DNA from: Auanema rhodensis
Taxonomy: Eukaryota; Animalia; Nematoda
Direction: 5' to 3'
Length of the DNA stretch: 64,000 bases
Assembly (NCBI GenBank): GCA_964057225.1
Contig: OZ059899.1
Location: 1-64,000 of the forward strand
The notes beneath the pieces were generated by a model. That model saw only the letters and a program-made list of their open reading frames with translations, ran no database searches and was not told the origin of the DNA. Position numbers and translations under genes: made by a program. Below are positions 25,501-39,900 of the stretch, one piece after another. Positions within the stretch are counted from its first letter, which is position 1, and each line of letters begins with the position of its first letter.

Positions 25501-27799
25501 GCATCTCTTTATCTTTCACGTGAAGCGAGTTACATACCAAGTGCACATCACGTGTACATTTAATTAGCATAAATTAAAGTTCACGTAAATTTCAAAGTCA
25601 TGGTTACCATGAAGCAATATCAATAAAAATTTGTTTTTAGACTAATATGGACATGGGGAATCTAATTTTGAAAACCGCATCTCTTTATCTTTTACATGAA
25701 GCGAGTTACATACCAAGTGCACATCACGTGTACATTTAATTAGCATAAATTAAAGTTCACGTAAATTTCAAAGTCATGGTTACCATGAACCAATAACATA
25801 AAAAATTTGTTTTTAGACTAATATGGACATGGGGAATCTAATTTTGAAAACCGCATCTCTTTATCTTTCACGTGAAGCGAGTTACATACCAAGTGCACAT
25901 CACGTGTACATTTAATTAGCATAAATTAAAGTTCACGTGAAATTCAAAGTCATGGTTACCATGCACCAATATCAATAAAAATTTGTTTTTAGACTAATAT
26001 GGACATGGGGAATCTAATTTTGAAAACCGCATCTCTTTATCTTTTACATGAAGCGAGTTACATACCAAGTGCACATCACGTGTACATTTAATTAGCATAA
26101 ATTAAAGTTCACGTAAATTTCAAAGTCATGGTTACCATGAACCAATAACATAAAAAATTTGTTTTTAGACTAATATGGACATGGGGAATCTAATTTTGAA
26201 AACCGCATCTCTTTATCTTTTACATGAAGCGAGTTACATACCAAGTGCACATCACGTGTACATTTAATTAGCATAAATTAAAGTTCACGTAAAATTCAAA
26301 GTCATGGTTACCATGCACCAATAACATAAAAAATTTGTTTTTAGACTAATATGGACATGGGGAATCTAATTTTGAAAACCGCATCTCTTTATCTTTCACG
26401 TGAAGCGAGTTACATACCAAGTGCACATCACGTGTACATTTAATTAGCATAAATTAAAGTTCACGTAAATTTCAAAGTCATGGTTACCATGCACCAATAT
26501 CAATAAAAATTTGTTTTTAGACTAATATGGACATGGGGAATCTAATTTTGAAAACCGCATCTCTTTATCTTTCACGTGAAGAGAGTTACATACCAAGTGC
26601 ACATCACGTGTACATTTAATTAGCATAAATTAAAGTTCACGTAAATTTCAAAGTCATGGTTACCATGAACCAATATCAATAAAAATTTGTTTTTAGACTA
26701 ATATGGACATGGGGAATCTAAGTTTGAAAACCGCATCTCTTTATCTTTCACGTGAAGCGAGTTACATACCAAGTGCACATCACGTGTACATTTAATTAGC
26801 ATAAATTAAAGTTCACGTAAATTTCAAAGTCATGGTTACCATGAAGCAATATCAATAAAAATTTGTTTTTAGACTAATATGGACATGGGGAATCTAATTT
26901 TGAAAACCGCATCTCTTTATCTTTCACGTGAAGCGAGTTACATACCAAGTGCACATCACGTGTACATTTAATTAGCATAAATTAAAGTTCACGTAAAATT
27001 CAAAGTCATGGTTACCATGCACCAATAACATAAAAAATTTGTTTTTAGACTAATATGGACATGGGGAATCTAATTTTGAAAACCGCATCTCTTTATCTTT
27101 CACGTGAAGCGAGTTACATACCAAGTGCACATCACGTGTACATTTAATTAGCATAAATTAAAGTTCACGTAAATTTCAAAGTCATGGTTACCATGCACCA
27201 ATATCAATAAAAAGTTGTTTTTAGACTAATATGGACATGGGGAATCTAATTTTGAAAACCGCATCTCTTTATCTTTCACGTGAAGCGAGTTACATACCAA
27301 GTGCACATCACGTGTACATTTAATTAGCATAAATTAAAGTTCACGTAAATTTCAAAGTCATGGTTACCATGAACCAATATCAATAAAAATTTGTTTTTAG
27401 ACTAATATGGACATGGGGAATCTAATTTTGAAAACCGCATCTCTTTATCTTTCACGTGAAGCGAGTTACATACCAAGTGCACATCACGTGTACATTTAAT
27501 TAGCATAAATTAAAGTTCACGTAAATTTCAAAGTCATGGTTACCATGCACCAATATCAATAAAAATTTGTTTTTAGACTAATATGGACATGGGGAATCTA
27601 ATTTTGAAAACCGCATCTCTTTATCTTTCACGTGAAGCGAGTTACATACCAAGTGCACATCACGTGTACATTTAATTAGCATAAATTAAAGTTCACGTAA
27701 ATTTCAAAGTCATGGTTACCATGAAGCAATATCAATAAAAATTTGTTTTTAGACTAATATGGACATGGGGAATCTAATTTTGAAAACCGCATCTCTTTA
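22520..27799 (+). repeat. Near-perfect tandem duplication of a 15-monomer (2640 bp) unit
   Basis: 22520-25159 matches 25160-27799 at all diagnostic variants: TTTACATG 23053/25693, 23405/26045, 23581/26221; CACGTGAAATTC ~23299/25939; GAGAG 23942/26582. The only difference seen is T>C at 25163. Confidence 0.9.
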
Positions 27800-30700
27800 T
27801 CTTTCACGTGAAGCGAGTTACATACCAAGTGCACATCACGTGTACATTTAATTAGCATAAATTAAAGTTCACGTAAATTTCAAAGTCATGGTTACCATGA
27901 AGCAATATCAATAAAAATTTGTTTTTAGACTAATATGGACATGGGGAATCTAATTTTGAAAACCGCATCTCTTTATCTTTTACATGAAGCGAGTTACATA
28001 CCAAGTGCACATCACGTGTACATTTAATTAGCATAAATTAAAGTTCACGTAAATTTCAAAGTCATGGTTACCATGAACCAATATCAATAAAAATTTGTTT
28101 TTAGACTAATATGGACATGGGGAATCTAATTTTGAAAACCGCATCTCTTTATCTTTCACGTGAAGCGAGTTACATACCAAGTGCACATCACGTGTACATT
28201 TAATTAGCATAAATTAAAGTTCACGTAAATTTCAAAGTCATGGTTACCATGAACCAATATCAATAAAAATTTGTTTTTAGACTAATATGGACATGGGGAA
28301 TCTAATTTTGAAAACCGCATCTCTTTATCTTTCACGTGAAGCGAGTTACATACCAAGTGCACATCACGTGTACATTTAATTAGCATAAATTAAAGTTCAC
28401 GTAAATTTCAAAGTCATGGTTACCATGAAGCAATATCAATAAAAATTTGTTTTTAGACTAATATGGACATGGGGAATCTAATTTTGAAAACCGCATCTCT
28501 TTATCTTTCACGTGAAGCGAGTTACATACCAAGTGCACATCACGTGTACATTTAATTAGCATAAATTAAAGTTCACGTAAATTTCAAAGTCATGGTTACC
28601 ATGCACCAATATCAATAAAAAGTTGTTTTTAGACTAATATGGACATGAGGAATCTAATTTTGAAAACCGCATCTCTTTATCTTTCACGTGAAGCGAGTTA
28701 CATACCAAGTGCACATCACGTGTACATTTAATTAGCATAAATTAAAGTTCACGTAAATTTCAAAGTCATGGTTACCATGAAGCAATATCAATAAAAATTT
28801 GTTTTTAGACTAATATGGACATGGGGAATCTAATTTTGAGAACCGCATCTCTTTATCTTTCACGTGAAGCGAGTTACATACCAAGTGCACATCACGTGTA
28901 CATTTAATTAGCATAAATTAAAGTTCACGTAAATTTCAAAGTCATGGTTACCATGCACCAATATCAATAAAAATTTGTTTTTAGACTAATATGGACATGG
29001 GGAATCTAATTTTGAAAACCGCATCTCTTTATCTTTCACGTGAAGCGAGTTACATACCAAGTGCACATCACGTGTACATTTAATTAGCATAAATTAAAGT
29101 TCACGTAAATTTCAAAGTCATGGTTACCATGAACCAATATCAATAAAAATTTGTTTTTAGACTAATATGGACATGGGGAATCTAATTTTGAAAACCGCAT
29201 CTCTTTATCTTTCACGTGAAGCGAGTTACATACCAAGTGCACATCACGTGTACATTTAATTAGCATAAATTAAAGTTCACGTAAATTTCAAAGTCATGGT
29301 TACCATGAAGCAATATCAATAAAAATTTGTTTTTAGACTAATATGGACATGGGGAATCTAATTTTGAAAACCGCATCTCTTTATCTTTCACGTGAAGCGA
29401 GTTACATACCAAGTGCACATCACGTGTACATTTAATTAGCATGAATTAAAGTTCACGTAAATTTCAAAGTCATGGTTACCATGCACCAATATCAATAAAA
29501 ATTTGTTTTTAGACTAATATGGACATGGGGAATCTAATTTTGAAAACCGCATCTCTTTATCTTTCACGTGAAGCGAGTTACATACCAAGTGCACATCACG
29601 TGTACATTTAATTAGCATAAATTAAAGTTCACGTAAATTTCAAAGTCATGGTTACCATGCAGCAATATCAATAAAAATTTGTTTTTAGACTAATATGGAC
29701 ATGGGGAATCTAATTTTGAAAACCGCATCTCTTTATCTTTCACGTGAAGCGAGTTACATACCAAGTGCACATCACGTGTACATTTAATTAGCATAAATTA
29801 AAGTTCACGTAAATTTCAAAGTCATGGTTACCATGCACCAATATCAATAAAAATTTGTTTTTAGACTAATATGGACATGATGAATCTAATTTTGAAAACC
29901 GCATCTCTTTATCTTTCACGTGAAGCGAGTTACATACCAAGTGCACATCACGTGTACATTTAATTAGCATAAATTTAAGTTCACGTAAATTTCAAAGTCA
30001 TGGTTACCATGCACCAATATCAATAAAAATTTGTTTTTAGACTAATATGGACATGGGGGATCTAATTTTGAAAACCGCATCTCTTTATCTTTCACGTGAA
30101 GCGAGTTACATACCAAGTGCACATCACGTGTACATTTAATTAGCATGAATTAAAGTTCACGTAAATTTCAAAGTCATGGTTACCATGCACCAATATCAAT
30201 AAAAATTTGTTTTTAGACTAATATGGACATGGGGAATCTAATTTTGAAAACCGCATCTCTTTATCTTTCACGTGAAGCGAGTTACATACCAAGTGCACAT
30301 CACGTGTACATTTAATTAGCATAAATTAAAGTTCACGTAAATTTCAAAGTCATGGTTACCATGCACCAATATCAATAAAAATTTGTTTTTAGACTAATAT
30401 GGACATGATGAATCTAATTTTGAAAACCGCATCTCTTTATCTTTCACGTGAAGCGAGTTACATACCAAGTGCACATCACGTGTACATTTAATTAGCATAA
30501 ATTTAAGTTCACGTAAATTTCAAAGTCATGGTTACCATGCACCAATATCAATAAAAATTTGTTTTTAGACTAATATGGACATGGGGGATCTAATTTTGAA
30601 AACCGCATCTCTTTATCTTTCACGTGAAGCGAGTTACATACCAAGTGCACATCACGTGTACATTTAATTAGCATAAATTAAAGTTCACGTAAATTTCAAA

Positions 30701-33700
30701 GTCATGGTTACCATGAACCAATATCAATAAAAATTTGTTTTTAGACTAATATGGACATGGGTAATCTAATTTTGAAAACCGCATCTCTTTATCTTTCACG
30801 TGAAGCGAGTTACATACCAAGTGCACATCACGTGTACATTTAATTAGCATAAATTAAAGTTCACGTAAATTTCAAAGTCATGGTTACCATGCACCAATAT
30901 CAATAAAAATTTGTTTTTAGACTAATATGGACATGGGGAATCTAATTTTGAAAACCGCATCTCTTTATCTTTCACGTGAAGAGAGTTACATACCAAGTGC
31001 ACATCACGTGTACATTTAATTAGCATAAATTAAAGTTCACGTAAATTTCAAAGTCATGGTTACCATGAACCAATATCAATAAAAATTTGTTTTTAGACTA
31101 ATATGGACATGGGGAATCTAAGTTTGAAAACCGCATCTCTTTATCTTTCACGTGAAGCGAGTTACATACCAAGTGCACATCACGTGTACATTTAATTAGC
31201 ATAAATTAAAGTTCACGTAAATTTCAAAGTCATGGTTACCATGCACCAATATCAATAAAAATTTGTTTTTAGACTAATATGGACATGGGGAATCTAATTT
31301 TGAAAACCGCATCTCTTTATCTTTCACGTGAAGCGAGTTACATACCAAGTGCACATCACGTGTACATTTAATTAGCATAAATTAAAGTTCACGTAAATTT
31401 CAAAGTCATGGTTACCATGCACCAATATCAATAAAAATTTGTTTTTAGACTAATATGGACATGGGGAATCTAATTTTGAAAACCGCATCTCTTTATCTTT
31501 CACGTGAAGCGAGTTACATACCAAGTGCACATCACGTGTACATTTAATTAGCATAAATTAAAGTTCACGTAAATTTCAAAGTCATGGTTACCATGAACCA
31601 ATATCAATAAAAATTTGTTTTTAGACTAATATGGACATGGGGAATCTAATTTTGAAAACCGCATCTCTTTATCTTTCACGTGAAGCGAGTTACATACCAA
31701 GTGCACATCACGTGTACATTTAATTAGCATAAATTAAAGTTCACGTAAATTTCAAAGTCATGGTTACCATGCACCAATATCAATAAAAATTTGTTTTTAG
31801 ACTAATATGGACATGGGGAATCTAATTTTGAAAACCGCATCTCTTTATCTTTCACGTGAAGCGAGTTACATACCAAGTGCACATCACGTGTACATTTAAT
31901 TAGCATAAATTAAAGTTCACGTAAATTTCAAAGTCATGGTTACCATGAACCAATATCAATAAAAATTTGTTTTTAGACTAATATGGACATGGGGAATCTA
32001 ATTTTGAAAACCGCATCTCTTTATCTTTCACGTGAAGCGAGTTACATACCAAGTGCACATCACGTGTACATTTAATTAGCATAAATTAAAGTTCACGTAA
32101 ATTTCAAAGTCATGGTTACCATGAACCAATATCAATAAAAATTTGTTTTTAGACTAATATGGACATGGGGAATCTAATTTTGAAAACCGCATCTCTTTAT
32201 CTTTCACGTGAAGCGAGTTACATACCAAGTGCACATCACGTGTACATTTAATTAGCATAAATTAAAGTTCACGTAAATTTCAAAGTCATGGTTACCATGC
32301 ACCAATATCAATAAAAATTTGTTTTTAGACTAATATGGACATGGGGAATCTAATTTTGAAAACCGCATCTCTTTATCTTTCACGTGAAGCGAGTTACATA
32401 CCAAGTGCACATCACGTGTACATTTAATTAGCATAAATTAAAGTTCACGTAAATTTCAAAGTCATGGTTACCATGCACCAATATCAATAAAAATTTGTTT
32501 TTAGACTAATATGGACATGGGGAATCTAATTTTGAAAACCGCATCTCTTTATCTTTCACGTGAAGCGAGTTACATACCAAGTGCACATCACGTGTACATT
32601 TAATTAGCATAAATTAAAGTTCACGTAAAATTCAAAGTCATGGTTACCATGCACCAATAACATAAAAAATTTGTTTTTAGACTAATATGGACATGGGGAA
32701 TCTAATTTTGAAAACCGCATCTCTTTATCTTTCACGTGAAGCGAGTTACATACCAAGTGCACATCACGTGTACATTTAATTAGCATAAATTAAAGTTCAC
32801 GTAAATTTCAAAGTCATGGTTACCATGCACCAATATCAATAAAAAGTTGTTTTTAGACTAATATGGACATGGGGAATCTAATTTTGAAAACCGCATCTCT
32901 TTATCTTTCACGTGAAGCGAGTTACATACCAAGTGCACATCACGTGTACATTTAATTAGCATAAATTAAAGTTCACGTAAATTTCAAAGTCATGGTTACC
33001 ATGAAGCAATATCAATAAAAATTTGTTTTTAGACTAATATGGACATGGGGAATCTAATTTTGAAAACCGCATCTCTTTATCTTTCACGTGAAGCGAGTTA
33101 CATACCAAGTGCACATCACGTGTACATTTAATTAGCATAAATTAAAGTTCACGTAAAATTCAAAGTCATGGTTACCATGCACCAATAACATAAAAAATTT
33201 GTTTTTAGACTAATATGGACATGGGGAATCTAATTTTGAAAACCGCATCTCTTTATCTTTCACGTGAAGCGAGTTACATACCAAGTGCACATCACGTGTA
33301 CATTTAATTAGCATAAATTAAAGTTCACGTAAATTTCAAAGTCATGGTTACCATGCACCAATATCAATAAAAATTTGTTTTTAGACTAATATGGACATGG
33401 GGAATCTAATTTTGAAAACCGCATCTCTTTATCTTTCACGTGAAGCGAGTTACATACCAAGTGCACATCACGTGTACATTTAATTAGCATAAATTAAAGT
33501 TCACGTAAATTTCAAAGTCATGGTTACCATGAAGCAATATCAATAAAAATTTGTTTTTAGACTAATATGGACATGGGGAATCTAATTTTGAAAACCGCAT
33601 CTCTTTATCTTTCACGTGAAGCGAGTTACATACCAAGTGCACATCACGTGTACATTTAATTAGCATAAATTAAAGTTCACGTAAATTTCAAAGTCATGGT

Positions 33701-35719
33701 TACCATGAAGCAATATCAATAAAAATTTGTTTTTAGACTAATATGGACATGGGGAATCTAATTTTGAAAACCGCATCTCTTTATCTTTCACATGAAGCGA
33801 GTTACATACCAAGTGCACATCACGTGTACATTTAATTAGCATAAATTAAAGTTCACGTAAATTTCAAAGTCATGGTTACCATGAACCAATATCAATAAAA
33901 ATTTGTTTTTAGACTAATATGGACATGGGGAATCTAATTTTGAAAACCGCATCTCTTTATCTTTCACGTGAAGCGAGTTACATACCAAGTGCACATCACG
34001 TGTACATTTAATTAGCATAAATTAAAGTTCACGTAAATTTCAAAGTCATGGTTACCATGAACCAATATCAATAAAAATTTGTTTTTAGACTAATATGGAC
34101 ATGGGGAATCTAATTTTGAAAACCGCATCTCTTTATCTTTCACGTGAAGCGAGTTACATACCAAGTGCACATCACGTGTACATTTAATTAGCATGAATTA
34201 AAGTTCACGTAAATTTCAAAGTCATGGTTACCATGCACCAATATCAATAAAAATTTGTTTTTAGACTAATATGGACATGGGGAATCTAATTTTGAAAACC
34301 GCATCTCTTTATCTTTCACGTGAAGCGAGTTACATACCAAGTGCACATCACGTGTACATTTAATTAGCATAAATTAAAGTTCACGTAAATTTCAAAGTCA
34401 TGGTTACCATGAACCAATATCAATAAAAATTTGTTTTTAGACTAATATGGACATGGGGAATCTAATTTTGTAAACCGCATCTCTTTATCTTTCACGTGAA
34501 GCGAGTTACATACCAAGTGCACATCACGTGTACATTTAATTAGCATAAATTAAAGTTCACGTAAATTTCAAAGTCATGGTTACCATGCACCAATATCAAT
34601 AAAAATTTGTTTTTAGACTAATATGGACATGGGGAATCTAATTTTGAAAACCGCATCTCTTTATCTTTCACGTGAAGCGAGTTACATACCAAGTGCACAT
34701 CACGTGTACATTTAATTAGCATAAATTAAAGTTCACGTAAATTTCAAAGTCATGGTTACCATGCACCAATATCAATAAAAATTTGTTTTTAGACTAATAT
34801 GGACATGGGGAATCTAATTTTGAAAACCGCATCTCTTTATCTTTCACGTGAAGAGAGTTACATACCAAGTGCACATCACGTGTACATTTAATTAGCATAA
34901 ATTAAAGTTCACGTAAATTTCAAAGTCATGGTTACCATGAACCAATATCAATAAAAATTTGTTTTTAGACTAATATGGACATGGGGAATCTAATTTTGAA
35001 AACCGCATCTCTTTATCTTTCACGTGAAGCGAGTTACATACCAAGTGCACATCACGTGTACATTTAATTAGCATAAATTAAAGTTCACGTAAATTTCAAA
35101 GTCATGGTTACCATGCACCAATATCAATAAAAATTTGTTTTTAGACTAATATGGACATGGGGAATCTAATTTTGAAAACCGCATCTCTTTATCTTTCACG
35201 TGAAGCGAGTTACATACCAAGTGCACATCACGTGTACATTTAATTAGCATAAATTAAAGTTCACGTAAATTTCAAAGTCATGGTTACCATGCACCAATAT
35301 CAATAAAAATTTGTTTTTAGACTAATATGGACATGGGGAATCTAATTTTGAAAACCGCATCTCTTTATCTTTCACGTGAAGCGAGTTACATACCAAGTGC
35401 ACATCACGTGTACATTTAATTAGCATAAATTAAAGTTCACGTAAATTTCAAAGTCATGGTTACCATGAACCAATATCAATAAAAATTTGTTTTTAGACTA
35501 ATATGGACATGGGGAATCTAATTTTGAAAACCGCATCTCTTTATCTTTCACGTGAAGCGAGTTACATACCAAGTGCACATCACGTGTACATTTAATTAGC
35601 ATAAATTAAAGTTCACGTAAATTTCAAAGTCATGGTTACCATGAACCAATATCAATAAAAATTTGTTTTTAGACTAATATGGACATGGGGAATCTAATTT
35701 TGAAAACCGCATCTCTTTA

Positions 35720-36951
35720 TCTTTCACGTGAAGCGAGTTACATACCAAGTGCACATCACGTGTACATTTAATTAGCATGATTTAAAGTTCACGTAAATTT
35801 CAAAGTCATGGTTACCATGCACCAATATCAATAAAAATTTGTTTTTAGACTAATATGTACATGGGGAATCTAATTTTGAAAACCGCATCTCTTTATCTTT
35901 CACGTGAAGCGAGTTACATACCAAGTGCACATCACGTGTACATTTAATTAGCATGATTTAAAGTTCACGTAAATTTCAAAGTCATGGTTACCATGCACCA
36001 ATATCAATAAAAATTTGTTTTTAGACTAATATGGACATGGGGAATCTAATTTTGAAAACCGCATCTCTTTATCTTTCACGTGAAGCGAGTTACATACCAA
36101 GTGCACATCACGTGTACATTTAATTAGCATAAATTAAAGTTCACGTAAATTTCAAAGTCATGGTTACCATGCACCAATATCAATAAAAATTTGTTTTTAG
36201 ACTAATATGGACATGGGGAATCTAATTTTGAAAACCGCATCTCTTTATCTTTCACGTGAAGCGAGTTACATACCAAGTGCACATCACGTGTACATTTAAT
36301 TAGCATAAATTAAAGTTCACGTAAATTTCAAAGTCATGGTTACCATGAACCAATATCAATAAAAATTTGTTTTTAGACTAATATGGACATGGGGAATCTA
36401 ATTTTGAAAACCGCATCTCTTTATCTTTCACGTGAAGCGAGTTACATACCAAGTGCACATCACGTGTACATTTAATTAGCATGATTTAAAGTTCACGTAA
36501 ATTTCAAAGTCATGGTTACCATGCACCAATATCAATAAAAATTTGTTTTTAGACTAATATGTACATGGGGAATCTAATTTTGAAAACCGCATCTCTTTAT
36601 CTTTCACGTGAAGCGAGTTACATACCAAGTGCACATCACGTGTACATTTAATTAGCATGATTTAAAGTTCACGTAAATTTCAAAGTCATGGTTACCATGC
36701 ACCAATATCAATAAAAATTTGTTTTTAGACTAATATGGACATGGGGAATCTAATTTTGAAAACCGCATCTCTTTATCTTTCACGTGAAGCGAGTTACATA
36801 CCAAGTGCACATCACGTGTACATTTAATTAGCATAAATTAAAGTTCACGTAAATTTCAAAGTCATGGTTACCATGCACCAATATCAATAAAAATTTGTTT
36901 TTAGACTAATATGGACATGGGGAATCTAATTTTGAAAACCGCATCTCTTTA
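35720..36951 (+). repeat. Local 4-monomer (704 bp) duplication
   Basis: GCATGATTTA 35779/36483 and 35955/36659; ATATGTAC 35858/36562. Confidence 0.88.
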
Positions 36952-39900
36952 TCTTTCACGTGAAGCGAGTTACATACCAAGTGCACATCACGTGTACATT
37001 TAATTAGCATAAATTAAAGTTCACGTAAATTTCAAAGTCATGGTTACCATGCACCAATATCAATAAAAAGTTGTTTTTAGACTAATATGGACATGGGGAA
37101 TCTAATTTTGAAAACCGCATCTCTTTATCTTTCACGTGAAGCGAGTTATATACCAAGTGCACATCACGTGTACATTTAATTAGCATAAATTAAAGTTCAC
37201 GTAAATTTCAAAGTCATGGTTACCATGCACCAATATCAATAAAAATTTGTTTTTAGACTAATATGGACATGGGGAATCTAATTTTGAAAACCGCATCTCT
37301 TTATCTTTCACGTGAAGCGAGTTACATACCAAGTGCACATCACGTGTACATTTAATTAGCATAAATTAAAGTTCACGTAAATTTCAAAGTCATGGTTACC
37401 ATGAACCAATATCAATAAAAATTTGTTTTTAGACTAATATGGACATGGGGAATCTAATTTTGAAAACCGCATCTCTTTATCTTTCACGTGAAGCGAGTTA
37501 CATACCAAGTGCACATCACATGTACATTTAATTAGCATAAATTAAAGTTCACGTAAATTTCAAAGTCATGGTTACCATGAAGCAATATCAATAAAAATTT
37601 GTTTTTAGACTAATATGTACATGGGGAATCTAATTTTGAAAACCGCATCTCTTTATCTTTCACGTGAAGCGAGTTACATACCAAGTGCACATCACGTGTA
37701 CATTTAATTAGCATAAATTAAAGTTCACGTAAATTTCAAAGTCATGGTTACCATGCACCAATATCAATAAAAATTTGTTTTTAGACTAATATGGACATGG
37801 GGAATCTAATTTTGAAAACCGCATCTCTTTATCTTTCACGTGAAGCGAGTTACATACCAAGTGCACATCACGTGTACATTTAATTAGCATAAATTAAAGT
37901 TCACGTAAATTTCAAAGTCATGGTTACCATGCACCAATATCAATAAAAATTTGTTTTTAGACTAATATGGACATGGGGAATCTAATTTTGAAAACCGCAT
38001 CTCTTTATCTTTCACGTGAAGCGAGTTACATACCAAGTGCACATCACGTGTACATTTAATTAGCATAAATTAAAGTTCACGTAAATTTCAAAGTCATGGT
38101 TACCATGAACCAATATCAATAAAAATTTGTTTTTAGACTAATATGGACATGGGGAATCTAATTTTGAAAACCGCATCTCTTTATCTTTCACGTGAAGCGA
38201 GTTACATACCAAGTGCACATCACGTGTACATTTAATTAGCATAAATTAAAGTTCACGTAAATTTCAAAGTCATGGTTACCATGCACCAATATCAATAAAA
38301 ATTTGTTTTTAGACTAATATGGACATGGGGAATCTAATTTTGAAAACCGCATCTCTTTATCTTTCACGTGAAGCGAGTTACATACCAAGTGCACATCACG
38401 TGTACATTTAATTAGCATAAATTAAAGTTCACGTAAATTTCAAAGTCATGGTTACCATGAACCAATATCAATAAAAATTTGTTTTTAGACTAATATGGAC
38501 ATGGGGAATCTAATTTTGAAAACCGCATCTCTTTATCTTTCACGTGAAGCGAGTTACATACCAAGTGCACATCACGTGTACATTTAATTAGCATAAATTA
38601 AAGTTCACGTAAATTTCAAAGTCATGGTTACCATGCACCAATATCAATAAAAATTTGTTTTTAGACTAATATGGACATGGGGAATCTAATTTTGAAAACC
38701 GCATCTCTTTATCTTTTACGTGAAGCGAGTTACATACCAAGTGCACATCACGTGTACATTTTATTAGCATAAATTAAAGTTCACGTAAATTTCAAAGTCA
38801 TGGTTACCATGAACCAATATCAATAAAAATTTGTTTTTAGACTAATATGGACATGGGGAATCTAATTTTGAAAACCGCATCTCTTTATCTTTCACGTGAA
38901 GCGAATTACATACCAAGTGCACATCACGTGTACATTTAATTAGCATAAATTAAAGTTCACGTAAATTTCAAAGTCATGGTTACCATGAACCAATATCAAT
39001 AAAAATTTGTTTTTAGACTAATATGGACATGGGGAATCTAATTTTGAAAACCGCATCTCTTTATCTTTCACGTGAAGCGAGTTACATACCAAGTGCACAT
39101 CACGTGTACATTTAATTAGCATAAATTAAAGTTCACGTAAATTTCAAAGTCATGGTTACCATGAACCAATATCAATAAAAATTTGTTTTTAGACTAATAT
39201 GGACATGGGGAATCTAATTTTGAAAACCGCATCTCTTTATCTTTCACGTGAAGCAAGTTACATACCAAGTGCACATCACGTGTACATTTAATTAGCATAA
39301 ATTAAAGTTCACGTAAATTTCAAAGTCATGGTTACCATGAACCAATATCAATAAAAATTTGTTTTTAGACTAATATGGACATGGGGAATCTAATTTCGGA
39401 AACCGCATCTCTTTATCTTTCACGTGAAGCGAGTTACATACCAAGTGCACATCACGTGTACATTTAATTAGCATAAATTAAAGTTCACGTAAATTTCAAA
39501 GTCATGGTTACCATGCACCAATATCAATAAAAATTTGTTTTTAGACTAATATGGACATGGGGGATCTAATTTTGAAAACCGCATCTCTTTATCTTTCACG
39601 TGAAGCGAGTTACATACCAAGTGCACATCACGTGTACATTTAATTAGCATAAATTAAAGTTCACGTAAATTTCAAAGTCATGGTTACCATGCACCAATAT
39701 CAATAAAAATTTGTTTTTAGACTAATATGGACATGGGGAATCTAATTTTGAAAACCGCATCTCTTTATCTTTCACGTGAAGCGAGTTACATACCAAGTGC
39801 ACATCACGTGTACATTTAATTAGCATAAATTAAAGTTCACGTAAATTTCAAAGTCATGGTTACCATGAACCAATATCAATAAAAATTTGTTTTTAGACTA

